This document shows, piece by piece, positions 39,532-51,122 of a stretch of 64,000 bases of DNA. The notes below the pieces were generated by a model. The model was not told the DNA's origin. It saw nothing but the letters and a program-made list of their open reading frames with translations, and did not search any database. The stretch's first letter is position 1; each line of letters opens with the position of its first letter. The stretch comes from Nymphaea colorata (taxonomy: Eukaryota). The position numbers and the translations under genes are program-made. The stretch lies in the NCBI RefSeq assembly GCF_008831285.2, contig NC_045138.2, positions 38,192,001-38,256,000 on the forward strand, in the 5' to 3' direction.

Positions 39532-40103
39532 GGCCCTATTCATGGTCAGAACAGGGGAAAAAGCAGTTGGGGAGAGTTCAAGGGGAATGAGAAGGAACAA
39601 AGGGAGGGGAGAGAGAGAGAGAGAGAGCACGAAGAGAGAACAATATCAGGAAGGAAACAGAGAGGGACTTGGGTAACGAGGAAGAAGATCAACAATATGA
39701 GAAAAGGAGAGAGCGAGTTGAAGGAAGAATCAGGAGATGGGATAAGCAACTCCAGGGCTGGCGAAGAACCGAGGGAGAGAGAGAGAGAGCCTAATGAGTT
39801 AATGGAGGAACCATAAGGGAAATCAAAATCACAGGCCAACTGAGCTGTGGAAGAAGGAGAGACACACAGACAGAGAAGAAGAAGAAGAGAGAGAGAGAGA
39901 GCAGCAGCAGCACAAACTGAGGGAGGAAGACGGCAGCACAAAATCAAGCTGATGAGTTATGGAACAAACAGAGAGAGGGGGGAAGAGAGAGAGAGAGAGA
40001 GAGATTACCTATAACTAAGGAAGGAGGAGTTGAGCCCCCATCATCCCCCTGACCCCTCCTCTTCCTTTCTTTTTGGTTTTTTATTTTTCTCTTTTTTTTT
40101 TTC

Positions 40104-40166
40104 TTTTTTAAGTGAAGGTGAAGAAATCATCTCTTTTTTCTTTTTAAGTGAAGGCGAAGAAATCAT
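40104..40166. repeat. Short duplication tttttaagtgaagg.gaagaaatcat x2
   Basis: Directly visible in the putative 5' leader of the DUF1639 gene. Confidence 0.8.
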
Positions 40167-40196
40167 GCGACATAAACATAACAGCTTTTCATTATG

Positions 40197-40221
40197 TCTC
40201 TCTCTCTCTCTCTCTCTCTCC

Positions 40222-40288
<67 letters not shown>
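40197..40288. repeat. (CT)n/(AT)n compound microsatellite at the putative DUF1639 promoter/leader
   Basis: Directly visible. Confidence 0.95.
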
Positions 40289-40293
<5 letters not shown>

Positions 40294-41714
40294 CAGAACT
40301 GTTGAAACATAGTTTTAATTCTTAATTATTTAATTTTTTAATTTTTTTTTTTAAAAAAAAAAAAAACTCTGCCTTCCTCACGCCAAGCATAGGGTCTCAG
40401 TTGGGGTTGCCCCCAATTCTCCACCATCTCTTGCTTCGATCTTGTATTTTCTTGAGAAAGAAAGAAAGAAGCTTTTTCCACAGGAAAAGTTGGGAATCCT
40501 GATACTGCCGCCATTCCAATCCTGTGCCCAACAAACAACAGGTAGGTCTGCGGAAAACAAAATCCTGGGAAAATAGAGTGCCCAAACGGTGGATTTTATG
40601 CGGAAAACGAAATTGGCAAGAACACAGAAAAGGCAACATGCTGGGTCTGGCTCTACTAACAAATTGCCGTTTAAACGGATTTCGGTGCCCCCATCTTCGC
40701 CCCCGATTGGCTAACCGGGTCAAATCTAGTTCTGGATTTCACATCCCATTACGGGAAAGTTCGAATCCAAATCGTGCCCTGCAAAATGTTGGGGGAAAGT
40801 GGGTCATCCGTTCATCAGTTTGGGAAATCTCATGTACAAATCCCCTTGGGTTTTAATTCTTTCAAGTTGTAAATGCTATATAATTTGACAAGAATTCAAC
40901 ATTTTAATCCTAAAAGTCATAGTGTTTTAATCACATTTTTCCAAAGGAAAAACATTTTCATCATGATCTCTATGACTCGAAATTTTTAGATCTAGCATCC
41001 CATTGATCAAATTTTAATTTAAAAAAAAAAACACAAATAATTGAGATTTTGAAGGCATTTGTATGTAAACATCCTTCAAAAGCAACAGATCGGGTTTGGA
41101 TAAAGACCCGCCCCAGTTTCCTAACCAAGTTGCAAATGCTCGGGCAGAAGGACCTCAGCCGAGTTCGGACCCCATTTAGATCGGGTCAACGACCCGTCTC
41201 GGACTAGGGACGATCCCTTTCCTTCCACAATCTCGAGGAGAGAGGACATTTTGGTCATTCAGAACAACCTTTTGATGATCTCTGGATCTCGAAGAGACTT
41301 CCTCCGTCTCCTGATTTCGTCAAAGGCTAAATCCGTCCCGTCTTCGAGTTTCCGCGAGGAGGCTTTTGACCAGGGACGCGCTTTTTCAGCACCATTCAAG
41401 CAAAGGTCCTCTGTCCTCGGGATACTACCGGCGGAATTCCACCACGGCCGAAAAGCGGTATTCCGGCAATCAAATGCGGTATTCTGGCCTGGGCAAAAGA
41501 TTCAGTTTACGGAATTGAATATTCGGTGGCGACAATGCTTTCATGTTACTTTGTCGTATAGAATGACGAAAACACCCTGGGACAATAACGTGAATGCCCA
41601 CCCACGTTTCGAATCTGATTCGAGGTGCTCTCCAGATATTAGACTGCCTCTTCCTCGACCGCCGGTGCAGCCAGTCGCCGAGGGCAGATTTTTTTTTTTT
41701 TTTTACTTTTTTCC

Positions 41715-41823
41715 CAGGATATTAGGCTGCCATATAATGTCTTAAATGGTTACAAGATATTAGGCTGCTATATAATTTCCCAAGATATTAGGCTGCTATA
41801 TAATTTCCCAAGATATTAGGCTG
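41715..41823. repeat. 28-bp tandem repeat (~3.5 copies)
   Basis: caagatattaggctgctatataatttcc repeated; first copy diverged. Confidence 0.9.
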
Positions 41824-44061
41824 TTAAAAAAAATTAGAAAAAAAATATACAGTAAATTTTAGTTTTTCAAAAACTGGAGAGATCATGGCCCCTACCGGCT
41901 TGGCTCCGTTCCTAATAAGTGCAGCTTTAAACCCTCATAAAAAAGAAACGAGGGGAGTTCAGCTCTCTTCTATTTTTTTTTCTGTCAATGAGTAGTAATC
42001 ATCTAGCTCACCAGACAATTAATTAGGTTTAAGATCATCTCATGAAGAACTTTAATAATGTGGGTAGCTATTTTGAGTTGCAAACTGAAACAAACTTTGG
42101 CCGGGTCGGACGCTTGGTCGGTTTTGAGCGGAGTTGTTGAGTTATTTTCGCGTCAATTTTCTGAAAGTGTCGTAGTTAAAGCATGTACACTTTCTAGCCG
42201 AGCTGATTAATTTGAACAAAAAATTCAGCGTCGACATCTAATATTTTACATCAGCTTGAGAATTCGTGTGCTTTTTTCGGTGCTCGATCTGTATAATATA
42301 ATGTATTCCAACCATATCTTAGGGTTAAGTTCAAAGAAAATCAAAATTTTTCTCTGACCGCTTGTTTTCTATGTTATCTAGACAGTTGAACCAAAGATAC
42401 CATCAAAACATGTGAACTTAAGTGTGTTTCTTTAAATTTTTTAAATAAGACCCAACATCTCCTGTAAGTGCAGAAAAGGCTTGTCCCGAGCTTGTTTGAC
42501 AGCCCATGTGTCAACAAGTTCCGAACGCTCGACACATCCATTTTGTGTTTGGATCCAGGTTCACATACAAATTCAAATCTGCACCGATGGCCAGATTCAT
42601 AAAGACCCAGTCCATATCATCCATTTGCACCAAGAATTCCCACTACCAACCAAATAAATGAGGCTGGATTGACACAAAAAACCTCCAAACAAAGATGTCA
42701 TTTTCGTACAAGACGGTCCACAGTTATGTGAAGAAAAATGGTTTCCTTCCTTTTGTTGAGAAGTTCAGCTAACTATTTCTTTTTGAAATTCAACAGTCAA
42801 TGGGCAAATTTATTCACATCATCCGACTTAAATATGTTGGAATAAATAAGCCAATTCACTAAGGAGAATTAATTTGCAGATCAAATGCAAGGGAGGAAAA
42901 AAGGGAACTCTTCAGTTGAACATTATGGCCAAAAAACAGTACCAATAATGGGCACAGATATGGACAATTAACCAGCTGCTAGTGGATCAAATCCTAAGTT
43001 AGTAAGGGAAGAAAAAGCCGAAGTTCACAATTCAAGTCCTCCTCCGCCAGGCCAGAGCCAAGGGATCAGGGCTACCTGAGAGGTTTCATTTTTTCAAAGA
43101 AATTTATAATGACTGTTCCTTATCAAATTCTCTAGTAATATTGTCATAAGTACGGTGAGCAGATCATATGATCTGCCCTTTCAACGGAATATTAGTTGAC
43201 TGTTAGAACGTCAGTACAGCACTACGTGCATCAATGAGCTACTTTTCCTCAACACCATCTATAGGTGCTGACAAACTTGGAAGGGAATGGCTCTTGTGTC
43301 TGTCAACGTTGAGGCTTAAACATAGCCACAAGTACAAGCAAAAAGAGATCCAAGTATCCAACCGTCAAACCTTAGAAAGGACAAGGATGCAGGAAAACTC
43401 AAGCAAAAGAGTAACAAGGTAGACTGGGGCTAAAGTTTTCAGTCTTAACACCCTTCGAACACGTCCTCTTCACTCGTGATGGGAGGTTGCAAAATGTGAT
43501 AATAACATTTCAACAAATTGGTTAAGGAGTGAACCAGGAGGTTTTATGATACCTGTGACTATAATTTTTCAAGAAAAACATGTTTCATGTTTTTTTTAAA
43601 TCCAATAGCACATTTTTGTGCAATTGCCCTTCATCCTTTCTTTTTCCTATAGTATAATCAGAGATACCAGCGAACTTCTTGCCCTTGTCATATCTTGTGG
43701 AACTCGGGCTATTGCTTCAGCCTTGGAGCAACTCTCCTATATTCAATTAGCTTGCCCTGTTGGAGGCATCTGGTTCGATGTCTCAGGTACTGGCAGTCAA
43801 AACAGTTAATGGCGTTAGCACAAGCTGGTCACATACATCATGCTAGTATCCAAATCAAAGTTAGGCGTGAAAGCCATCACCAAGAAAAAGATGAAGCAGC
43901 TATTTACGTAGTATCTAGTGAAAACTTCCTGATAAGACAGCTGAAACCGGGATCATAAAAATCGAGCACTACCCATGTTGAGATAGATGGTCCTCAAACA
44001 TTTGGTTACCCTAATTTCTTCAGAGGTACAAATAGTTCATTCTTATTGCAAAATTGGGAAG

Positions 44062-47000
44062 TCATGGAAACAGGCGTTGCCGGGATCGACGAGGAATCTT
44101 TCCTTCTGACTTGAGTCTCCTATATGCTTCTCTGATATGGCATGGCCTGATTGGACCATTTTCCTTGCGCTCGTTCATTACTATTCTACCTGCAGTCCAC
44201 AAGAAAAAGAAAAGATCATTTTGTTCACTAAGGAAGAAAGAGAGTAGTTTAAGAATGAGAAAGTACAGAAATGGTCCACATGCCTGTTTCTACAAGCTCA
44301 CCAACAAACATCTTCGCAATTCCAGACATGACAATTGTCATTGGCATAGATATAGGACACCCAGCTATGCTCATCAGCAACTGCACCAGGAAAAAGATTA
44401 GATATAAATAATGATTCCAGAGGACGCAAAACTACAAAGCAGCATTTACCTCTTCACATTTAATATAATTCAAACACAAACCATAGGTGGAGTATTCTTC
44501 GTCTCCAATTCAATAAGACAAGATACTGTCTCTCTCAGAGAGCCAATAATCATGAGGTAGAGGTAATAGAAACTACCACTAGCATGCGGGGTCTTGTATT
44601 CCAAAAGGTAAACTCCTAATTTAACATCCTTTCGGGTATAAAATGGCGAGAATTTCTCAGGTATAATATAACAAAGTTCTTTTTCTCTAAAAAATCTCGA
44701 CAAATTTTTAAAAAGTTAGGAACTAAAAATACAATGTGAAAATAAACGTCTGGGTATTAAAAAATGTAAAAAAAAGTAAAAAAAAAAAAGAGAGAGAGAG
44801 AATAAAACACCAATAAAAAAAGTTTTTTTCATTTTTGGTGTTTTTTTAAGAAAAAAAAAGTTTTTTCCCCTTTTTTTCAGCTGATTTGTTTTTAATGTTT
44901 TTTTTGCATTTTTTTAATAAAATGTGTTTTCTGTGACAATGGCTCCAACAACGAATTTGGGAGGCTTCACATGTAACCCTTGTTTCTGGAGACAAAAACG
45001 GTAACCATGAACTAATAATTAGCAAAGTTAGAGAATCTATACCCTCCGCATGGTAGCTTTTTGAAAACCAGATCTTCGGAAGGATTCATATCGACTCATT
45101 TGTTCCTCCGTAAATTGTGATAAAATTGCCCTGAGAATGTAAAAAAATGTTGATCAAATCCATATAGTACAGACACAGACAAATAACCACTGAAGAAAGT
45201 AATAATCACATGCTTATTTCCAGAATCACATATACTATCTGCATTTTAAACCTTATATCGTAGTGGATTAATTACGATTTGCCCATACACAACAAATTTC
45301 ATCGGACGTAGTTATAGCATGCAATCACTTTTCTACTTCGGAAAGAGGCAGTTAGACAAAGAAACACATGCCACTTGGTAAAGATTATCAGCATCATTAA
45401 TCTCTTAATCTGAAAAATCTCCTGAAGGTCAGTTTGATGGATAAAAAAAAAAAAGAATCCAACTAAACTATGATCATCTAGCGAATGCATTAGGAATTTT
45501 AGAAACTGGGTAGTGGGTATCCATTCTACAGAACATGAAGGACGATGAGATACAACTTGAATAAAACATTGCTCCAATAAAATATTGCTTCAAAGCAAGA
45601 CACCAAAACTCCTGAAAAGGATTATTGTTATTATTCAAAACAAGAAGTTGGCTCACATCGCATAACTCACTTATTAAACATCGGACACACAAGATTCATG
45701 CAGTGAGCATCACACACTCAAACCTCATGCAGTCGACTACCTCTCCCAGTCACTTGCCTACAGCACCATACCCACTCAGTTGCTGAGCTTAGATGGTGTA
45801 ACAAATTTCCACTGGTGTAACAAATTTCCACTACTTTCCAGACCATAATAAAGACTAAAGACAAAACTAGGTGGACCCCACCAACTTGATTAGCCGGAAT
45901 TGGAACTTTCCCGTCTTAAATAACAAATCCTCTAAATGTGGCAGAGATAGGGTTAAGTTTAGAGGCAATCCAAAACCAATTATGGGTCAACTTAGTATGT
46001 TTCATATATTTTATTGTGATTATTGAGTGTTCATTGTTATTGGAAGAGTTACTTAAAGTGCTTTCCTATGTACATTTGTCTGAAAGGTATTCTCAGTTAT
46101 ATTAAATATTAAATAATGTTTAACCATTGCAATTATGGTTACTGGAAAATGTGAATGGGATCTTACTTTCACTGTTTCACAGACAATAATTATGAGACCA
46201 TCGCATGAGGCTTAGATATAGACATGCCCACTGATGAAAAACTAAAGAAGAAATGATTAGTCAAGGCCAAGAAAACTTCATCTGTTATTAAGACATCTAT
46301 TCAGAAGGACTTGTTAGAGCATAGTTGAGATGTCGAACTCCAGAGGAGAAATTGGACGCATTTGGCATCTTATTTCTTGAGTTAATGACGTCAACTTGCA
46401 ATTATTTGAAAATGATATTGGTCTGAAAACTTAGGGTAGTAAGTTGATATGTTCACATTTTAATGTGGTGAACAAAATTTGTAGTGAGATATCTTAGATA
46501 GACTCCTAGTCAAAGATTAGCAAAGCCTACATACAGAGAATTTCTCAGCCCATGTCACTTTGCTCAATATTTCAAAATTACGAGAATGAAGAAAAATGCA
46601 GCAACAAGTACCACAAGACAATGGGCAGAGGAACAAAAGAATCACCACATAGGCCAATCATGTCATAGTATGATGAGTGCAAACAACATGCCACCTTGCT
46701 TTTAGGTCGAAAGAGTTAGGACCAATGTCCAAGTGATCAACTGACCATTATAGCAAAAATTCAACTTTAGATCACCAATATTTTAAGAATATTTGTTGTT
46801 TCTGCAGATTCCTTTAAGGGCTATCGAGGACAAATTTTGATGAAAGGGCAGAAATTGTGTTGACTCCAATGGAGGATTGGTTCAAGGCTCTCGAGATCTA
46901 CATTTGACCAGATATTGTCTTGGTGAGCTAAAGAAAAGAAAGTGCTTTCAAACTCTCAAATTCTTGAGCGAGTTGTTCAACATAAAAATAGAATTGAGTT

Positions 47001-49627
47001 GTGAATCATGAAAATGAAAAATCTGAGGTTATGATCCATCAACCAAAGCTAGTTCAAGAGCAAGTAAAACCACATGCTCCTGAGAAGGCAAGGAAAAATG
47101 TAAATCCATGGAGGACAAACGTCAATGTTGTTCAGCAGCAAAACTCAGATCAGTAACAACCATCACCATCTGAAGAATGAGAAAACAAACCCATGACACA
47201 AAGGAGATCGTCAGACACGACACAATTGTAGAAAAGATTGAACAGACTTGGTTCATTAAAGCAAAAGATGACAAGGACTTGGAAGTCAAATAAATAGAAG
47301 AGATGAGTACATTGAAGAAGGATGACATTTGCAAGCAAGGATTGAAGCCCGTGCAAAAAATCTCTAAGCACAAAAAATAATAATAATAAAGCGACCATGA
47401 GGGGAAGATTGTAAGAGTGGAGATTTCTAACATGCTCAAGAAGAAACCAGAGATCTCCACACCAATTGATGGGCCATGATGTCGTCGACTGTAATAAGTA
47501 AAATACATGTATTCGTTTTTGTCCTTATTTTGGTCATAGAAGATGGTGGAAACTTCCACCAAAATCTCTTAACATGTACAACAGGGTTTATCTCCATTGT
47601 CATGCACACACAAGTGAGTAAACATATTGATATAACCGATTAGTGTGTGAGAAAATGCTCGCCACGTGAGCTTTAGTGAGACAGTTGCACTCACTTTATG
47701 ATGTATGAGTGAGAGTATGTAGCTGACTACATGAGCATGTAGATTTCGTGCTTATTTGTGAAAGTTACTTTAAACAAGTTGTTTCATTCTGGCATCAATC
47801 ATCAACCTTCGGTTATCATGGTTATCTCTAGCCCCTTCTTCTTGTAGTTACCTATTACTATTCTAATGGATCTTTGTGGTTTATACTTAGAATCATTTGA
47901 GAGTGTACGAATTTCTGATGGATTTTCACCATATTATTGTTAAGCATACATTAGTGTGTGTCATTAATAGTATCCTCAATAAATGTGAATATTTTATAAG
48001 TGGCATGAGAGCAAAGTTATTTGGGTCCAAAAATTGTCCATAGTTGGTATCAGACGTTAGCTGTCCAGGTCCAATTTTTTTTACACTCTAATAGGTTCTT
48101 GTAAATAGTTTCCTACTAAAAGTGCAAAACTCAACTGTTCAAGGCAACTCTTGTCCAAATCTGCAAACTGAGCTTAGTTGAAAAAGAATATCACCAAAGC
48201 TTTAAATTTATTAAAATACAAAAAACGCAAGGGACCCAACGAAATAAAATGCTATCAGAATCTTATACATGCCTTCAACTGCCGCTAAATGCACCTCTAA
48301 AAGAACCCTAACTGCCTTCAACTACCGCTAAATGCACCTCAAGAAGCCTAACTCTTATATGATTTGAAAACAAAAAGAAATGGGATTAGATATGGAATAC
48401 ATAACATTAGTGCAAATCAATGAAACTTCTGAAGATCTTAACTGGTAGTGTGCAATTAGCCTAAGGGGAAAGCTACAGTGTTTAAAGTTTAAACTAACAT
48501 TAAGGCCTCCAATTAGAGATGACGATACGAGTGAAAACAATTACTACGATCATGAGAATGATCGTGATACATGAGAATGATCGTGATAACACTTACTGCA
48601 TTTTAGCCGTTTTGTCAGGATCTCCAGTCTGGAACTTTCCTAATTCAGAGTCCACATTTTCTTCCTCCTCCTCTTCCTCTTCTTCTTTGTTTTTTTCTAC
48701 GACACGGTTGTTTTCTGCAGCAGTTCTTTGATCATGAGTGTTGGTTGCTGGAGCCTCACGTATAGGAGATTCTGGTGGTGAATCCTGATCAGCAAATGCA
48801 ACCTCAAAAGGATCCGTCGCTTGCTGTTTCACCGTGTCTTCTGCAAAAGGGAGGAAAGGAAGAGGGTAAGCTCATTTTTCTAACACCCTGCTGCATGTGT
48901 GGCATGCACAGACACACACAAAGAAGAGTTTCAGTATCTGATTGGAAATATATACCCATTTTGTTCGAATGACAATTATGCTCCTTCCACTTCCTCAGTG
49001 AGAGAAGAACTAATCAATCTCAGATCCAACTAGGTCTTCATAGCGGATAAAAAGGACCTGAACTTAAACCATCAAAATCCACTAAGTACAGGAATTAACA
49101 AAAATATTCCGTTAACAGGGGGGAAAACAGAACATTCAATAGAACTGAGGCCAATCAAGCAGGAAACCAGGCAACAATTCACACGATCAGCAGAAGAGGA
49201 TGAAAATTGGACAAAAAGAGAAAAAAGAGCGAGAATTGGAATATGAAACTAGCAACAAAGACATCAATAGGCACACTAAACTAACAATAGTTACAACTCT
49301 ATCTCAAATAGTTTCAAAACTAGAACCCATAATTGGACAGTTCAATAAAAGCTCGTTAGGAAAAACAAAAGCTATAGAAAAAATCTACCCAAACACATCA
49401 TGTTTAGTTGAACCAGAAAAGGCTCTGGCCCATCTGCCTTTGGCTGAATACAGAGACAGAGAGAGCAAGAGAAGGCCCGGGCCGGTGCCACATCTACAGC
49501 CTGAGATAAGCCGCGAAAGGGCCCTGTCCATGCGGGCACAGACACACACGCACACACACACACACACACACACGTAGAGAAGCTTGGGTTCGTTACCGGG
49601 AATCGTCTTGGCGAAAAGGATTTTCAT
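44062..49627 (-). CDS. TAF11: TFIID subunit 11 (histone-fold TAF11)
   Basis: Exons 49627-49597 (putative), 48840-48597 (VKQQATDPFE...SPPESP...EEEEENVDSELGKF.TGDPDKTAKMQ), 45130-45043 (AILSQFTEEQMSRYESFRRSGFQK), 44380-44284 (SGIAKMFVGELVET), 44189-44062 (GPIRPCHIREAYRRLK.EGKIPRRS). The start exon is less certain than the rest. Confidence 0.92.
45796..45833. repeat. 19-bp tandem duplication
   Basis: tggtgtaacaaatttccac x2. Confidence 0.9.
46230..48055 (+). mobile_element. Degenerate Ty1/copia remnant in the TAF11 intron (antisense to the gene)
   Basis: Gag-like broken translations QKDLLEH...NDVNLQLFENDI and FNVVNKICSEIS*ID; SRD..FD integrase-tail-like motif at ~46890; polypurine tract gaggggaaga (47399-47408) followed by TG at 47410 (3' LTR start); PBS-like tggtatcaga at 48045. 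Confidence 0.72.
48270..48353. repeat. ~43-bp tandem duplication
   Basis: tgccttcaact.ccgctaaatgcacctc...aagaa.cctaac x2. Confidence 0.88.
49541..49573. repeat. (CA)n microsatellite in TAF11 first intron
   Basis: Directly visible. Confidence 0.95.
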
Positions 49628-51122
49628 TACTTCATGTCGGGGGAGGGGACGGAAGCGACGAAATGAATCGGTCCGCAGATGGACGAAAAAAAGTGCGCGA
49701 GAGAGAGAGAGAGCGAGGGAGAAAATAGATTGTATGGGTGTCGCGGGGTCGAAAAATGGTATGACATTTGGTTCCGAAAATACCATAATCCCAAATGCAG
49801 CCCTTCTCAAACATGGGAAAAAGTTCTTTGAGACAGCCAGTCTCATGTGTCTCAAGAATGCACTGAAAATCGCAGACTCTCTTCTCCCACTACCAACTTA
49901 TTCAAACGCGACCAGCATAACTTCGGGATAAAGTTCACTCCATTTTGGGAGTGACCAAGCTGCTTATTTCTAATTAAATTTCCTTTGGTTGAGTAATGGG
50001 GAGAAGAAAGAGGTCAAAACTTGTTTCACCAAATCCATGGTCAGAGAAGAATTGGCTGGAACGCAAGTTTTTCCCAAAAACAACACAGGAGGGACCTGAC
50101 GATTTTTTATAAAACAACACAGAGGGATCTCACGAAAACCATCTTTTATTGTTGAAATTAGCTTAATCAGAATCGGTGGCAAACTCATTTGATTCGAGGG
50201 CTAAATCAAGAGCGCCACATATTACTTACTTTTAAACGATTTTCATGAGCCTTCTACTTTGATTTGTGTACATTTATTTCAAAAAATAGTTTTTTAAATA
50301 TCTTTGCCTATTTATAATCGATTCGACCGAATCGCTGAATTGGCAATATTAACAACGCTGCTGGAATTGATCTTTCTGAGAGTACGTCAACTACGGTGTA
50401 CTTTCTTCAAAAACAGGCAAGCGATTTGAAGGCTTAACTCATATGAGGCGGTAAAGAAGACTTCTCACCATGTGTTGGCTTTGAGTGGAGTAAAAATAAC
50501 ATTTACATGAAATAAAGTTCATTTTTCCCATTGGACAATGTCGACGACTTCCTGTAATGGATGAGCTTACTTAACTTGTTTGAAACCTCACCAAGCAATT
50601 TTGTTTTCCTATCGGACAATATTAAAACCTCACCAAGCAAGATCATATTCAACTAAATTGCCTTACACGAAACAAGCAAAGATGAGCGGTTAATTGAACA
50701 AGTGAGGATAGGGGGAACTTTTGAACACAGCCTATAACAATTTAACTTGGAATAACCACATTCGTAACCTTATAATAACTGACACCAAAGTTATCAAGGT
50801 ATTATTCAATTTTACTACTGGCTAAAAAATAACGCTAGCTTTAGCCATACAACAAAAGAGAAGGGGAATAAAGATTATTGATTATATATCAGAATCGAAC
50901 TTTATTTGCCATGGACCCATGTGCAGAGCAAATCTTCACTAAAACGTCTCAACTGTAAGGATCTGTGATGTTGCATGCATCTTGCCCAACAGCGATGACC
51001 TTTGCAATGAACAGATTACACCTGAGATATGAAAACTCCAAGCTGAGCTAAATGTACCGCACTTCTTTGATCGAGATCATGAAGATCTTGAAGCATCCTT
51101 GAAGAAATTCTTCAAGACAGGT

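Noticed and set aside
39115..39630. A' as an independent second DUF1639 gene
   Set aside because: No C/D-type exons (FPGMWL, RGLKG) follow it before exon B; better explained as a partial duplication within one locus
41715..41823. 28-bp repeats as a CRISPR-like array
   Set aside because: Head-to-tail copies without unique spacers, in a plant nuclear context with no cas genes
49200..49931. 100-156 aa ORFs around the TAF11 promoter and first intron
   Set aside because: Driven by (CA)n/(GA)n microsatellites; no protein-like features
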